The notes below the pieces were generated by a model that saw only the letters and a list, made by a program, of their open reading frames with translations, was not told where the DNA came from and did no database searches. A program made the position numbers and the translations under genes. Shown one piece after another: positions 8,797 to 21,359 of a DNA stretch of 64,000 nt (its first letter is position 1; every line of letters starts with the position of its first letter). Origin of the DNA: Desulfomonilia bacterium (GTDB lineage Bacteria; Desulfobacterota; Desulfomonilia; UBA1062); NCBI GenBank assembly GCA_050014195.1, contig JBEKDT010000019.1, positions 1 to 64,000 on the forward strand, in the 5' to 3' direction.

Positions 8797-10695
8797 TTAC
8801 TTCTTCGGATAACCGAGCGTTACCGCAGCCCCCTGGATCTCCTGCAGGGCAGCAGGGTCCTCGATGGTGGATGGGGTTTTGTACTCCTGACCGTCAGCGA
8901 TCTTGCGCATGGTCGCCCGGAGGATCTTACCGCTGCGTGTCTTGGGCAGACGAGGTACTACCGCCACATCCTTAAGGCAGGCCAGCGCACCGATTTCATT
9001 CCTCACCATGTTCACCACTTCTTTTGTGATCTCGTTATTGGGTTTGCTGACGCCGGCCTTCAAGACCACGAAACCGATGGGTACCTGGCCCTTCAGCACA
9101 TCGTTCACCCCGATGACCGCACACTCGGCCACATCCTTGTGCTTGGCCACCACTTCCTCCATGCCGCCGGTGGAAAGCCGGTGTCCTGCCACATTGATGA
9201 CGTCGTCAACCCGGCCCATGATGTAGATATAGCCGTCGGCGTCCATGTACCCGCCGTCTCCGGTGGCATAGTATCCCGGGTACTCGGTCAGGTATGATGA
9301 CACGAAACCCTCATCGTTTTCCCAGAGCGTGGGCAGGCAGGCGGGCGGCAGCGGGAGTCTTATGCCTATGATTCCTTCTTTGCCCCTGGGCAGCTCCTTG
9401 GCGGCCTCATCGATAATGTGCACATCAAAGCCGGGAGCCGGTTTCGTGGGGGAGCCTGCCTTGATTTTCAGCTGCTCGATACCCATGCAGTTGGCTGCAA
9501 TGGCCCAGCCTGTCTCTGTCTGCCACCAGTGATCGATGACCGGGATTTTCAGCAGGTCGCTTGCCCAGTGGTAGGTGTCCGGGTCCAGACGCTCCCCTGC
9601 CAGGAACAGGTACTTCAGACATGATATGTCGTATTTTTTGACATAAGACCCTTGCGGATCTTCCTTTTTGATGGCGCGGAAGGCTGTTGGAGCCGTGAAG
9701 AGCACCTTTACGTTATGCTGTGAGATGACCCGCCAGAATGCACCCGGGTCAGGTGTTCCCACAGGCTTGCCCTCGTAGAGGATCGTGGTGCATCCGTAGA
9801 ACAGCGGTGCATACACGATGTAGGAATGTCCCACGACCCAGCCCACATCCGAGGCTGCCCAGTACACGTCGCCGGGCTTCACGTTGTAGATGTTTTCCAT
9901 GCTCCACTTGAGCGCGACTGCATGGCCGCCGTTGTCTCTCATCACACCCTTGGGCTTGCCGGTGGTACCGGAGGTATAGAGAATATAGAGCGGATCCGTA
10001 GCCTCCACGGTGACGCAGCCCACGGGAGTTGCGCCCTTCAATGCATCATTCCAGTCTATGTCTCTGCCGGCTATCAGCTCGGCCTTCACCTGGGGCCGCT
10101 GGTGTATCACACACTTCTCGGGCTTGTGGGATGACAGCTCGATGGCCTTGTCCAACAGGGGCTTGTAGGGGATGGCGCCCTTGGGCTCGATGCCGCAGGA
10201 GCTCGAGAACATGACCTTGGGTTTGGCGTCTTCGATGCGGACCGCCAGCTCGTTGGCCGCAAAACCGCCAAAGACCACGGAATGAACTGCCCCGATGCGG
10301 GCGCATGCCAGCATGGCAAACATGGTCTCAGGGATCATGGGCATGTAGATGATCACCCGGTCGCCCTTCGTTACACCCAGGTTCTTGAGCATGCCGGCGT
10401 TCAGTGAAACCTCATGTAAGAATTCCTTATAGGTTATCTTCCGGACGGTCCCGGTCACCGGGCTGTCATAGATGATGGCCACCTGGTCGCCTCGGCCGTT
10501 TTCCACGTGATAGTCGATAGCATTGTAACAGGTATTGAGTCGGCCGCCGGCAAACCAGCGGTAGAAGGGCTTCTTGGAATCATCCAGTACCTTGTCCCAC
10601 TTCTTCTCCCATTGTATCTTCTTAGCTGCCTCCGACCAGAAGCCATCCCTGTCCTCAAGGGATAGCCTATAGGCATCATCATAAGATTTGTACAC
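8797..10695 (-). CDS. prpE: propionyl-CoA synthetase
   Basis: AMP-forming ligase: [46 protein letters not shown]. Confidence 0.85.
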   Translation of the reverse strand: MYKSYDDAYRLSLEDRDGFWSEAAKKIQWEKKWDKVLDDSKKPFYRWFAGGRLNTCYNAIDYHVENGRGDQVAIIYDSPVTGTVRKITYKEFLHEVSLNAGMLKNLGVTKGDRVIIYMPMIPETMFAMLACARIGAVHSVVFGGFAANELAVRIEDAKPKVMFSSSCGIEPKGAIPYKPLLDKAIELSSHKPEKCVIHQRPQVKAELIAGRDIDWNDALKGATPVGCVTVEATDPLYILYTSGTTGKPKGVMRDNGGHAVALKWSMENIYNVKPGDVYWAASDVGWVVGHSYIVYAPLFYGCTTILYEGKPVGTPDPGAFWRVISQHNVKVLFTAPTAFRAIKKEDPQGSYVKKYDISCLKYLFLAGERLDPDTYHWASDLLKIPVIDHWWQTETGWAIAANCMGIEQLKIKAGSPTKPAPGFDVHIIDEAAKELPRGKEGIIGIRLPLPPACLPTLWENDEGFVSSYLTEYPGYYATGDGGYMDADGYIYIMGRVDDVINVAGHRLSTGGMEEVVAKHKDVAECAVIGVNDVLKGQVPIGFVVLKAGVSKPNNEITKEVVNMVRNEIGALACLKDVAVVPRLPKTRSGKILRATMRKIADGQEYKTPSTIEDPAALQEIQGAAVTLGYPKK

Positions 10696-10725
10696 TTCGA
10701 TTACCTCCTTCTGATGGATCTCTTG

Positions 10726-10778
10726 TATGACTATATGACTATCATATGACTACTAACGTAGGCCGATTTTTGTGTCAA
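10726..10778 (-). promoter_or_regulatory. prpE promoter with triple TATGACTA operator-like repeat
   Basis: TATGACTA at 10726, 10734 and 10745; TTGACA on the minus strand at 10773-10778. Confidence 0.5.
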
Positions 10779-10816
10779 CCGAGAAAATGGTACTCCATGG
10801 TGACCATCAATGGAAT

Positions 10817-10886
10817 GAAGTTTGAAGTGTAAAGTGTAAAGTGTAAAGTAAAATACTTAAAACTTAAAACCTAAAACTTAAAACTC
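10817..10886. repeat. heptamer tandem repeats in two opposed arms
   Basis: (AAGTGTA)n followed by (TAAAACT)n. Confidence 0.75.
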
Positions 10887-10972
10887 TATCATTTTTTACC
10901 TATGCCTGAAAGGTTGTGCATTCACTCCATTTTTCATTGACAACATACGAAATGCCCTTTATTACTACCACC

Positions 10973-11173
10973 ATGAGCGACAGATCATTATGCCCCATAT
11001 GTGCATGGAGAGCCGACTGTAATAAAAAATTTAAACCCGGTGCGGGCGTTCACTGCCCTGATTTCAGCAGGGATATGTCTATAAAGGACAAGGAGCTGGA
11101 AGAAGAGGCGTCAAAACAGTCCGGATCGAAAGACGCTGGTAAGAAGCCGAAAAAGGGCCTCTGGCCCATGTAA
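10973..11173 (+). CDS. small Cys-rich hypothetical protein
   Basis: CPICAWRADC..KF....HCPDF, a four-Cys putative metal site. Confidence 0.6.
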   Translation: MSDRSLCPICAWRADCNKKFKPGAGVHCPDFSRDMSIKDKELEEEASKQSGSKDAGKKPKKGLWPM

Positions 11174-11197
11174 GGCCGGTCTTATTCCATTTTGCAT

Positions 11198-11509
11198 TCA
11201 AGATGATACCGAGGCGGCACTTGAATGCAAATTGGACTTGGCCGTTACAGTCCGAGAAACTGCACATAGGTGTCCTTGTCTTTCAGGATGAGTACGGCAA
11301 TTTTTCCCTCCGGACACCAGTCTAGCCATACCCTGGCTGTTCCTGAACGTGACGATTCTTTCACCAAGGACCACGATCCTTTCAATTCCTGTCTTCAAAG
11401 AGCCCAGTTCTTGAGAGCCTGTTGTTTCCACTACCATTTCCATGCTGAAGGCCAATTCGGAGACAAGCAGACACACCATGAAAGATAAAATTGATATAAT
11501 CTTTCTCAT
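11198..11509 (-). CDS. hypothetical secreted protein
   Basis: signal-peptide-like N-terminus; AAGGAG RBS. Confidence 0.45.
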   Translation of the reverse strand: MRKIISILSFMVCLLVSELAFSMEMVVETTGSQELGSLKTGIERIVVLGERIVTFRNSQGMARLVSGGKNCRTHPERQGHLCAVSRTVTAKSNLHSSAASVSS

Positions 11510-11603
11510 TCCGGCTCCTTTTTGTGAAATCCGTTAGCTGCGCTCTATATAACACAGATAATATCGCTTGTAAGGGGACTGTACAAAGGCACCGGAACAA
11601 GAT

Positions 11604-11619
11604 ATGAATGATCATTCAT
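11604..11619. promoter_or_regulatory. FadR(TetR)-type operator palindrome upstream of acs operon
   Basis: perfect palindrome ATGAATGATCATTCAT next to TTGACC/TTGACT and TATAAT; resembles the Bacillus FadR (YsiA) box. Confidence 0.65.
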
Positions 11620-11702
11620 TTTTCCTTGACCTTGACTATTACTTTGGATATATAATGGTGGATGCCAAGCAAATTATATTCTTTAGAAGAAGGAGGCATT
11701 AC

Positions 11703-13664
<1,962 letters not shown>

Positions 13665-13681
13665 GATCAGTTTGAAGAACA

Positions 13682-13710
13682 AGGGGGCTCAGGCATGCCT
13701 GAGCCCCCTA
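13682..13710 (+). terminator. hairpin after acs
   Basis: AGGGGGCTCAGGCATGCCTGAGCCCCCT palindrome. Confidence 0.6.
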
Positions 13711-13787
13711 TTAACCGTTTTATTTTATGGGTTCGTACAACGAAGCAATCATGCCATGAAGATCATGCGCGATAAGGAAGGGTTAAA

Positions 13788-14378
13788 ATGAGGGGTGAAG
13801 AAAAATATCGCATGATATTGAATGCTGCAAAACAGGTGTTCGCAATGGAAGGTTTCTATAACTCCAAGGTGTCTGAGATCGCCCGTGAGGCCCATGTGGC
13901 TGACGGAACCATATACCTCTATTTTAAGAACAAGGACGACATCCTGATTTCACTTTTTGAAGAAGAGCTCACCAGGATTATCAAGACAGTGAAGACGGAT
14001 TTGGATACCATCAACGATCCGCGCCAGAAACTGATAAAATTCTGCGACAACCATCTCACCATCGTAGAGGCCGACAGGGCCCTGGCAGAGGTTATACAGG
14101 TCGAGCTCAGACAATCGAATAAATTCATGCGGGAATACAAGAACAAGCATTTTCTCGCATATCTCAATATCATTGCGGACATCGTTGCCCAGGGCCAGCA
14201 GCAGGGCGTATTCAGGGAAGACCTCAAGCCCGAGCTTTGCGCCAGGATTATCTTTGGTTCATTGGATGAGCTTTCCACATACCTGGTAACAGCCAAGCGC
14301 AAGCGTTTCGATGTCCATGAAGTGGCGACAATGGTGGGGAACTCCTTCCTCAACGGGCTTGTGAAGGAGAATAATTAA
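13788..14378 (+). CDS. TetR family regulator, FadR(YsiA)-like
   Basis: IAREAHVADGTIYLYFKNKDDILISLF HTH and QVELRQS motif; lies in a beta-oxidation operon. Confidence 0.88.
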   Translation: MRGEEKYRMILNAAKQVFAMEGFYNSKVSEIAREAHVADGTIYLYFKNKDDILISLFEEELTRIIKTVKTDLDTINDPRQKLIKFCDNHLTIVEADRALAEVIQVELRQSNKFMREYKNKHFLAYLNIIADIVAQGQQQGVFREDLKPELCARIIFGSLDELSTYLVTAKRKRFDVHEVATMVGNSFLNGLVKENN

Positions 14379-14402
14379 TCGCTTTGAGGAGATTTTTAAG
14401 CC

Positions 14403-16379
14403 ATGCAGATTAAGAAGGCCGCTGTCATCGGTGGTGGGGCCATGGGTGGCGGGATCGCCCATGTCCTTTCTTCGGTGGGTATCGAGTGCTTCATCAAGGA
14501 TGTCGAGCAGAAGTTCGTTGATAAGGCCCTTGCGACCTCCAAGGCCGTGTATGACAAGCTGGTAGCCAAGGGCAAGCTGGACCCGAAGAAGGCTTCAGCC
14601 GGCCAGAATCTCCTGCGCGGGTCCGTTCAGTATGACAAAAAATTCTTCGGCGAGGTGGATCTGGTAATTGAGGCGGTCCCCGAGATCATGAAGCTCAAAC
14701 AGGTCATTTTCACCGAGCTCGAAAAACTCTGCCCCGAACGGACGATCCTTGCCACAAATACATCCTCGCTCTCTTTGACTGAAATAGCCGGTAAGCTCAA
14801 GAAGAAGGACCGGTTCGTGGGCCTGCATTTCTTTAATCCGGTGCCCATGATGAAACTTCTGGAGATCGTCTATGACGAGAATACTTCTCCTCAGACCTTG
14901 AGCGCCATGATGGAATTCACGCTCTTCATCGACAAGATACCCATCAAGGTGAAGAACGGTCCCGGGTTTGCCGTAAACCGCGTACTCATCCCCTACTTGA
15001 ACGAGGCAGTGCTCTCCCTGATGGACGGCGAGGCCACCATGGAAGAGATCGATGAGGCCATGGTCGCATTCGGCATGCCCCTGGGCCCCTTTGCACTGTG
15101 GGACCTCGTGGGCCTGGATGTAGGCGTGCATGCGTCCGAATCACTTGAAGAGGCGTTCGGTTTAAGGACACCAACACCGGATCTCATGAAGGCCCTGGTG
15201 AAGAAGGGCATGTACGGCCAGAAGACCGGGAAAGGATTTTATACGTATTCCGGCAAGGGGAAAACGCCTTCCAAGGAGGCGGATACCTTCCTGAAAAGCT
15301 GGTGGAAGAAAAACGGTGTCAGCGGGGTTGCATTCTCCCCTGAGCGGCTCATATCCGTGCAGATCAGGGAGGCCCTCATGATCGTATCCGAAGGCCTTGC
15401 ATCCGCCCACGACTGCGACACGGGCATGGTCTACGGCACCAATTTTCCCACCAAGGTCTCCTGGGGCCCGCTCCACTTCGCCGAGGAGAAGGCCACGTGG
15501 TCCATGATCAATGATATCATGTGCGCTCTTGCTGCCGAGTACGGCCCGGAGCGTTTCACCGCACCTGCGATCTTGTCCTCGCTCCTTGAGGGGAAAAGTA
15601 TCTTTGCAAACTGCACATACGAGGTGGATGAATACGGTGTTGCCCTCATGACGGTCGAGAATCCGCCCATGAACGTGCTGAGCATCAAGACCGTAGACGA
15701 CATAACGAATACCGTCCTGGCGGCATGTGCCGACAACCGGGTCCGCGTGATCCTTCTCACCGGCAAAGGGAAGGCATTCGTCGCAGGCGCCAATATCAGC
15801 GAGATCCAGCGCTTGAGAAATATCCACGAGGTGGAAGACTACGCGCACAAGGGCCACCTCATGATGAACACCATAGACGGGGCCGTAAAGCCCGTCATCT
15901 GTGTCATCAACGGGTTCTGCCTTGGCGGAGGACTGGAACTTGCCCTGGCCTGCCACATGCGTATTGCATCCGAGAGGGCACGCCTGGGCCTCCCCGAGAT
16001 CAATTTAGGCATTATGCCGGGGTTCGGCGGGACTCAACGTCTGGCCAGGACCGTCGGCAAGGGCAAGGCCCTGGAGATGATCCTCACAGGCAACCACATC
16101 ACACCTGAGGAAGCCTTGGCAAACGGTCTCGTGAACAAGGTGGTTCCCCAGGATAAACTCATGGATGAGGCGCACGTCCTGGCCGGGACCATTGCAGCCA
16201 AAGGCAGGCTCGCCGTAAGTGCCGCCGTCGATGCGGTATCCTCGGGTCTTGAAGTCGGCCCGGATGAAGGTTTGGAGATCGAGATCGAGAATTTTGCAAG
16301 GGTCGTCATCTCAAAGGATGGGAAAGAAGGGACCGATGCCTTCCAGAACAAGCGCAAACCGGTCTTTAAGGATATGTAA
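14403..16379 (+). CDS. 3-hydroxyacyl-CoA dehydrogenase / enoyl-CoA hydratase fusion (HAD N-terminal, ECH C-terminal)
   Basis: GGGAMGGGIA, LATNTSSL, GLHFFNPV, then GGGLELALAC and GLPEINLGIMPGFGGTQRL. Confidence 0.92.
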   Translation: MQIKKAAVIGGGAMGGGIAHVLSSVGIECFIKDVEQKFVDKALATSKAVYDKLVAKGKLDPKKASAGQNLLRGSVQYDKKFFGEVDLVIEAVPEIMKLKQVIFTELEKLCPERTILATNTSSLSLTEIAGKLKKKDRFVGLHFFNPVPMMKLLEIVYDENTSPQTLSAMMEFTLFIDKIPIKVKNGPGFAVNRVLIPYLNEAVLSLMDGEATMEEIDEAMVAFGMPLGPFALWDLVGLDVGVHASESLEEAFGLRTPTPDLMKALVKKGMYGQKTGKGFYTYSGKGKTPSKEADTFLKSWWKKNGVSGVAFSPERLISVQIREALMIVSEGLASAHDCDTGMVYGTNFPTKVSWGPLHFAEEKATWSMINDIMCALAAEYGPERFTAPAILSSLLEGKSIFANCTYEVDEYGVALMTVENPPMNVLSIKTVDDITNTVLAACADNRVRVILLTGKGKAFVAGANISEIQRLRNIHEVEDYAHKGHLMMNTIDGAVKPVICVINGFCLGGGLELALACHMRIASERARLGLPEINLGIMPGFGGTQRLARTVGKGKALEMILTGNHITPEEALANGLVNKVVPQDKLMDEAHVLAGTIAAKGRLAVSAAVDAVSSGLEVGPDEGLEIEIENFARVVISKDGKEGTDAFQNKRKPVFKDM

Positions 16380-16452
16380 GCTTATAGGGAGAAACAGGGC
16401 CTAAGAGAAAAATGCCCAAAGGATAAAAACACAAAGAGGAAGGAGGTTTAAT

Positions 16453-17229
16453 GTGAATACTGTTGTATGTCTGAAACAGGTACCTGATACCGAGACATTG
16501 ATCAAGATCGCAGGTACATCAATCGCAACAGACGGCATTAAGTGGGTCATCTCTACCTTCGACGAGTTTGCCGTTGAAGAGGCAATCCGCCAGAAGGAGA
16601 AGATGAATGCAGGCACCGTGACCATCGTTACGCTCGGCCCGGACAGGGCGATCGAGTCCATCCGCACTGCTCTGGCCATGGGTGCGGACAACGCAGTGCA
16701 CATCAACGACGCTGCATTCTACGACAAGGCCGATCCCTATGCCACGGCGGCAGTGCTGGCCGCAGCCGTCAAGGGGCTTACCTATGATGCAGTGTTCCTT
16801 GGCAAGCAGGCTATTGATGATGACTGCAGCCAGGTCCCGGCCATGGTCGGCGAGCTGCTCGGGCTGCCGGTAGTGACCCAGGTGCTTAAGTTCGAGGCCG
16901 CTGCCGACAAGAAGAGCGCCACCGTGACCCGCGAGGTCGAGGGCGGCCAGACGATTCTGAATGTCCCTCTTCCGGCGGTTTTCTCGGCGCAGAAGGGTCT
17001 GAACGAGCCCCGGTATGCCTCGCTTCCCGGCATCATGAAGGCCAAGAAGAAACCCGTCGACGTGAAAAACGCCGCCGGGCTCGGTGTGAATGCAGGCCCC
17101 ATGACGACCATTAAGGAGATGTCCTTGCCTCCGGCCCGCCAGGCTGGCAAGATCATAGCGGGCGACGATGCAAAGGCCAAGGCGGCTGCTCTTGCAAAGG
17201 CCTTGCATGAAGAAGTTAAGATCATCTAA
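16453..17229 (+). CDS. etfB: electron transfer flavoprotein beta subunit
   Basis: VCLKQVPDT, LAMGAD, GKQAIDDD, NEPRYASLPGIMKAKKK. Confidence 0.95.
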   Translation: MNTVVCLKQVPDTETLIKIAGTSIATDGIKWVISTFDEFAVEEAIRQKEKMNAGTVTIVTLGPDRAIESIRTALAMGADNAVHINDAAFYDKADPYATAAVLAAAVKGLTYDAVFLGKQAIDDDCSQVPAMVGELLGLPVVTQVLKFEAAADKKSATVTREVEGGQTILNVPLPAVFSAQKGLNEPRYASLPGIMKAKKKPVDVKNAAGLGVNAGPMTTIKEMSLPPARQAGKIIAGDDAKAKAAALAKALHEEVKII

Positions 17230-17247
17230 GGTGAGGAGGTGACAGCC

Positions 17248-18216
<969 letters not shown>

Positions 18217-18285
18217 TAAGGGTAAATAGGGGCGGGCGGCATCGTCCGCCCCTCATGCATACAATTCACTTTTTCAGGGGGGGCT

Positions 18286-20436
18286 ATGCACGGTCCAAAG
18301 GGAGAAATTACCAGAGAAGTCTTTTGGAACATCTTAAGTCCTGGTTCCTATACGGAACAGATTATCCTCTATATACTCGCCCTTTCGGCATTCGCGCTGT
18401 TAGGCAGGGCTCTTTACAAAGGAGGGTTCTGGACACGCGTGAAGGTAATGATGAAGGCAACCGGCTCGGAGAGCAACAGGCTCGACGACCCATGGGGCAG
18501 ATTCTGGTTTGCATTCGGTGATGTGTTCGGACACAGGAAGATCCTCAGAGAACCCTATCAGGGCATATTCCATATATTCATCTTTTATGGGTTCATTGCG
18601 CTGACCATCACCACCGCCATCGTGTTTTTCCAGGCGGACATATTATTCCCCATCACGGGCATCTGGTTCATGAAAGGGGCCTTCTATCTCATCATGAAGC
18701 TCTTTGCCAACGTGTTCGGGATGCTGGCCATCATCGGCATCCTCATGGCGCTGTACAGGAGATACGTGATCAGACCGAAATGGCTGGACAATAAGCCTGA
18801 GGACAACATCACTCTGTGGTTCATCCTTGCCATCCTGGTGACCGGTTTCTTCATAGAGGGCTTGAGGATGCAGGCCGTTGAGCTGAATCCGACGAGCATC
18901 ATGTACAAGTATGTGTGGTTCTCTCCCGGCGGCAGGATCGTGGCGTATATCTTCTCGGGCGCGAGCGAGCATTCCATCAGGGGGGTCCATTATCTGCTCT
19001 GGTGGTTCCATGTGCTTATGGCGCTCACCTTCTTCGTATACGTGGGCTATACCAAGCTCATGCACATCTTCATGACACCTGCAAACATCTTCCTCAGGTC
19101 CACGGCACCGGTACCCCCCATCAGGGTCATGCCTCCCGAGATGTTCGAGTGCGCAGAGACCTTCGGCATCCACAACGTGGAGGAATACTCCTGGAAAGAC
19201 CTGTTCGACCAGGAGGCCTGCATGAGATGCGGCAGGTGCGTGGAGGTATGCCCGGCCTTCAATACCGACAAACCGCTCAAGCCCAGGGATGTCATCCAGA
19301 ACATCAGGACCTACATCGAAGAGAAGGCCAAATTCGCCCTCGATGCGGACGGCAACTATCGTATCATCCCGGATGAGGAATATACCGGACCCAAACTCAT
19401 CGGTGACTCCATCGAGAAAGAGACCGCATGGGCATGTACCACCTGTATGGCCTGTGTTGAGGCCTGTCCGTCATATATCCTCCAGTTCCCGAAGCTCATG
19501 GACTTAAGGCGCTATATGGTCATGATGGAGTCCGACTTCGCCCCCGAACTCATGGGTGTGTTCAAGGGGATGGAGAATAACTCCAACCCGTGGAGCATCG
19601 GCGCCCATACACGGGCCGATTGGGCTAAGGACCAGGGTATTCCCCTGCTTTCCGAGAAGAGCAGCTCAGAGTATCTCTTCTACGTGGGCTGTGCAGGTGC
19701 ATTCGACGATCTGAACAAACGCGTAGCCCTGGCTCTCTCGAAGATCTTTGAGGCGGCAGGCCTTGACTATGCAATCTTGGGCACCGAAGAGGGCTGCTGC
19801 GGCGACTCGGCCAAGAAGCTCGGAAACGAGTATATCTACCAGGCCCTGGCAATGGCCAACATCGAGACCTTCAAGGGCTACAATGTGAAGAAGATCATCA
19901 CCCTGTGTCCCCATGGCTTCAATACCCTGAAGTACGATTACAAAGAACTCGGCGGCAACTTCGAGGTCTACCACTACACCGAGATCCTCGATACGCTCAT
20001 CAAGAGCGGCAAGATCAAGATCAAGGAACGCATCAGCGACCTCGGGCCCATTACCTACCACGACTCCTGCTACCTGGGCCGTTACAACAAGGTCTATGAC
20101 CAGCCGCGCGATATCCTCAAAGCAATCAGCACGAGCCCCATGGTGGAGATGGCGAGCAACCACGCCAAGAGTTTCTGCTGCGGCGCAGGCGGCGGCAGGA
20201 TGTGGATGGAAGAGCACCTCGGCACCAGAATCAACCAGAAGAGGACAAACGAAGCCCTGGATGCCGGGGCCAAGACGGTCTGCACCGCATGCCCGTTCTG
20301 CTTCACCATGCTCACCGACGGCATCAAGGAGCTTGAGCTCGGCGAGAAGCTCCAGTCGGCGGATATCGCCGTCCTTGTGGCCAGGGCCGCAGGAATAGAC
20401 CTCAAGCCAAAGAAGGCCGAAGGCACAGAGGCCTAA
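18286..20436 (+). CDS. membrane-bound FeS/CCG oxidoreductase (FadF/DUF224, EMO-like)
   Basis: NarI-like membrane domain, two CxxCxxCxxxCP motifs and two CCG domains; directly follows etfBA. Confidence 0.88.
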   Translation: MHGPKGEITREVFWNILSPGSYTEQIILYILALSAFALLGRALYKGGFWTRVKVMMKATGSESNRLDDPWGRFWFAFGDVFGHRKILREPYQGIFHIFIFYGFIALTITTAIVFFQADILFPITGIWFMKGAFYLIMKLFANVFGMLAIIGILMALYRRYVIRPKWLDNKPEDNITLWFILAILVTGFFIEGLRMQAVELNPTSIMYKYVWFSPGGRIVAYIFSGASEHSIRGVHYLLWWFHVLMALTFFVYVGYTKLMHIFMTPANIFLRSTAPVPPIRVMPPEMFECAETFGIHNVEEYSWKDLFDQEACMRCGRCVEVCPAFNTDKPLKPRDVIQNIRTYIEEKAKFALDADGNYRIIPDEEYTGPKLIGDSIEKETAWACTTCMACVEACPSYILQFPKLMDLRRYMVMMESDFAPELMGVFKGMENNSNPWSIGAHTRADWAKDQGIPLLSEKSSSEYLFYVGCAGAFDDLNKRVALALSKIFEAAGLDYAILGTEEGCCGDSAKKLGNEYIYQALAMANIETFKGYNVKKIITLCPHGFNTLKYDYKELGGNFEVYHYTEILDTLIKSGKIKIKERISDLGPITYHDSCYLGRYNKVYDQPRDILKAISTSPMVEMASNHAKSFCCGAGGGRMWMEEHLGTRINQKRTNEALDAGAKTVCTACPFCFTMLTDGIKELELGEKLQSADIAVLVARAAGIDLKPKKAEGTEA

Positions 20437-20475
20437 AAAGCAATACATCAGTTGCACCGACCCTGAATCTTATCA

Positions 20476-20512
20476 AGAGAGGGGGCGCAGGAAAGCGCCT
20501 CCTCTTTTTTTC
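20476..20512 (+). terminator. intrinsic terminator
   Basis: AGAGGGGGCGC-loop-GCGCCTCCTCT followed by a T tract. Confidence 0.7.
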
Positions 20513-20562
20513 TTGATCGCATCACTTTCTGAAGTTATCTTTGCGCCATAAAGGGGATTACC

Positions 20563-20919
20563 ATGGAGGATAAGGGGAGCACAGAGCAGAGACCTTGGGG
20601 CTTTTACGAGGTGCTCTCGGAGGACATGCCGGACCACAAGGTCAAGAGGATAACCGTATGGCCGGGTAAGCGGCTGAGCCTCCAGTATCACCGGAAGCGG
20701 CGAGAGCACTGGGTCGTGGTTGCCGGGAGAGGACTCGTAACGGTAGACGGGAAACAGGTGAAGCTCGCCATGAGTGAATCCATCGACATCCCTTTAAGGG
20801 CTCAACACCGTATCGAAAATATCGGTGATGAACCCCTCGTATTCATCGAAGTCCAGCAAGGTGAGTATTTCGGAGAAGACGATATTGTACGCCTTGAAGA
20901 CGATTTCGGCAGGAGTTGA
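20563..20919 (+). CDS. mannose-6-phosphate isomerase type II C-terminal cupin protein
   Basis: RPWG, LSLQYH..R.EHW, IEVQ.G.YFGEDDIVRLEDDFGR. Confidence 0.9.
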   Translation: MEDKGSTEQRPWGFYEVLSEDMPDHKVKRITVWPGKRLSLQYHRKRREHWVVVAGRGLVTVDGKQVKLAMSESIDIPLRAQHRIENIGDEPLVFIEVQQGEYFGEDDIVRLEDDFGRS

Positions 20920-20929
20920 CAGGAGCCAC

Positions 20930-21244
20930 ATGTACGATCGCAAGGAAAGGGAACTCTTCGTTTTACTCTATGAGACGGCGTCATCTGCAGGCATTGATGT
21001 CATTGAGGATAAACTCAACCGTAAGGGCGGGGTCTGTCGTTTGGATGGGCGTGTTCATGTTATCTTCGATGAACAGGCGCCTTACCGTGAAAAGAACAGG
21101 CTGATCCTGGAGGGAATTGGAAAGACCGATTTAGATATGACATACCTGCCCCCCAAGGTAAGGGTGATGCTGAACAGGCAGGATGCTTCAGAGGAGTCGG
21201 AAGACGACAGTCAGGATTCGGATTTCATCAAGGGTGATCAGTGA
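20930..21244 (+). CDS. hypothetical protein
   Basis: AGGAG RBS; GGVCRLDG and YLPPKVR motifs. Confidence 0.65.
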   Translation: MYDRKERELFVLLYETASSAGIDVIEDKLNRKGGVCRLDGRVHVIFDEQAPYREKNRLILEGIGKTDLDMTYLPPKVRVMLNRQDASEESEDDSQDSDFIKGDQ

Positions 21245-21359
21245 CTCTCCTGAAGTGATTAAGTTCTCATGACTATAGTTTACGAGGTAAAAAATGAATA
21301 TTGACCTTCGATATCAAAAAAGCAGGAGATCTATGAAACCTTGTGTTTGACACCCGAAC

